From Deinococcota bacterium (GTDB lineage: Bacteria; Deinococcota; Deinococci; Deinococcales; Thermaceae): a stretch of 42,107 nt of DNA. This document shows, one piece after another, positions 41,940 to 42,107 of the stretch. The translations under genes and the position numbers were made by a program. Every line of letters begins with the position of its first letter. Position 1 is the stretch's first letter. Below the pieces are notes generated by a model. It was not told the origin of the DNA. It was given only the letters and a program-made list of their open reading frames with translations, and made no database searches. Where the stretch lies: positions 1 through 42,107 of the forward strand of contig JBGFRI010000028.1 in NCBI GenBank assembly GCA_041695225.1, given 5' to 3'.

Positions 41940-42107
41940 CTTGTATCTTGAAATAGGGACACCGCACGGCAGACCGATTGACCCAAGGTCTACCAGACCG
42001 TGTCGAAGCGTGGGTCGCCGTGCGGGAGTCTCCAGCCAGAGTCCGAACGGTTGTCAGAGCCATCAAGCTCGTATCTGCAAGGAAGGATGAAGCTGGAGAG
42101 TCCTAAC
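41940..42107 (+). mobile_element. Left end of a probable IS110-family element, cut by the window edge
   Basis: Begins CT-TGTAT like the IS621 left end, followed by two guide-bearing stem-loops and a GGAG SD; recombinase ORF not visible. Confidence 0.72.
41955..42104 (+). ncRNA. Putative IS110 bridge RNA (target-binding loop and donor-binding loop)
   Basis: CCGCACGGC-A-GACC[GATTGACCCAA]GGTC-TACCA-GACC[GTGTCGAAGCGTG]GGTC-GCCGTGCGG, then TCTCCAGC..TCC[GAACGGTTGTCA]GAGC-CATCAA-GCTC[GTATCTGCAAGGAA]GGA..GCTGGAGA. Confidence 0.72.

Noticed and set aside
41845..42066. 73-aa minus-strand ORF after carA
   Set aside because: No motif; the sequence is better explained as a structured IS110-type non-coding end

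Overview
GC-rich bacterial chromosomal DNA; protein sequences and gene order point to Deinococcota, most likely Thermaceae (Meiothermus-like; this is inference). 1-16574 holds the 3' end of tuf and the full S10-spc-alpha ribosomal cluster (rpsJ to rplQ, with secY, adk, map, infA, rpoA), with unusually long spacers. Many spacers carry heptamer-repeat hairpins, and four end in small hairpins over the Shine-Dalgarno site. A long minus-strand block follows: a ferric-iron-type ABC transporter, two tandem S41/PDZ proteases, SpoIID/LytB, a small islet (HicB-like gene, nonsense-interrupted HicA, REP-associated tyrosine transposase) bracketed by two copies of the mmsA 3' end, then mmsA, an amidinotransferase, lctP, ldhA, ppsA and plsY. 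The window closes with a plus-strand argG-argH-GNAT-carA cluster with an ARG-box promoter. Main observations: (1) six tandem 44-bp copies of the ldhA-stop/lctP-start junction form a chain of stop-NN-ATG linked mini-ORFs; (2) the last ~170 bp look like the left end of an IS110 element with a readable bridge RNA and a predictable target; (3) the mmsA-end islet; (4) the heptamer hairpin family. All alignments, folds and counts were done by eye.
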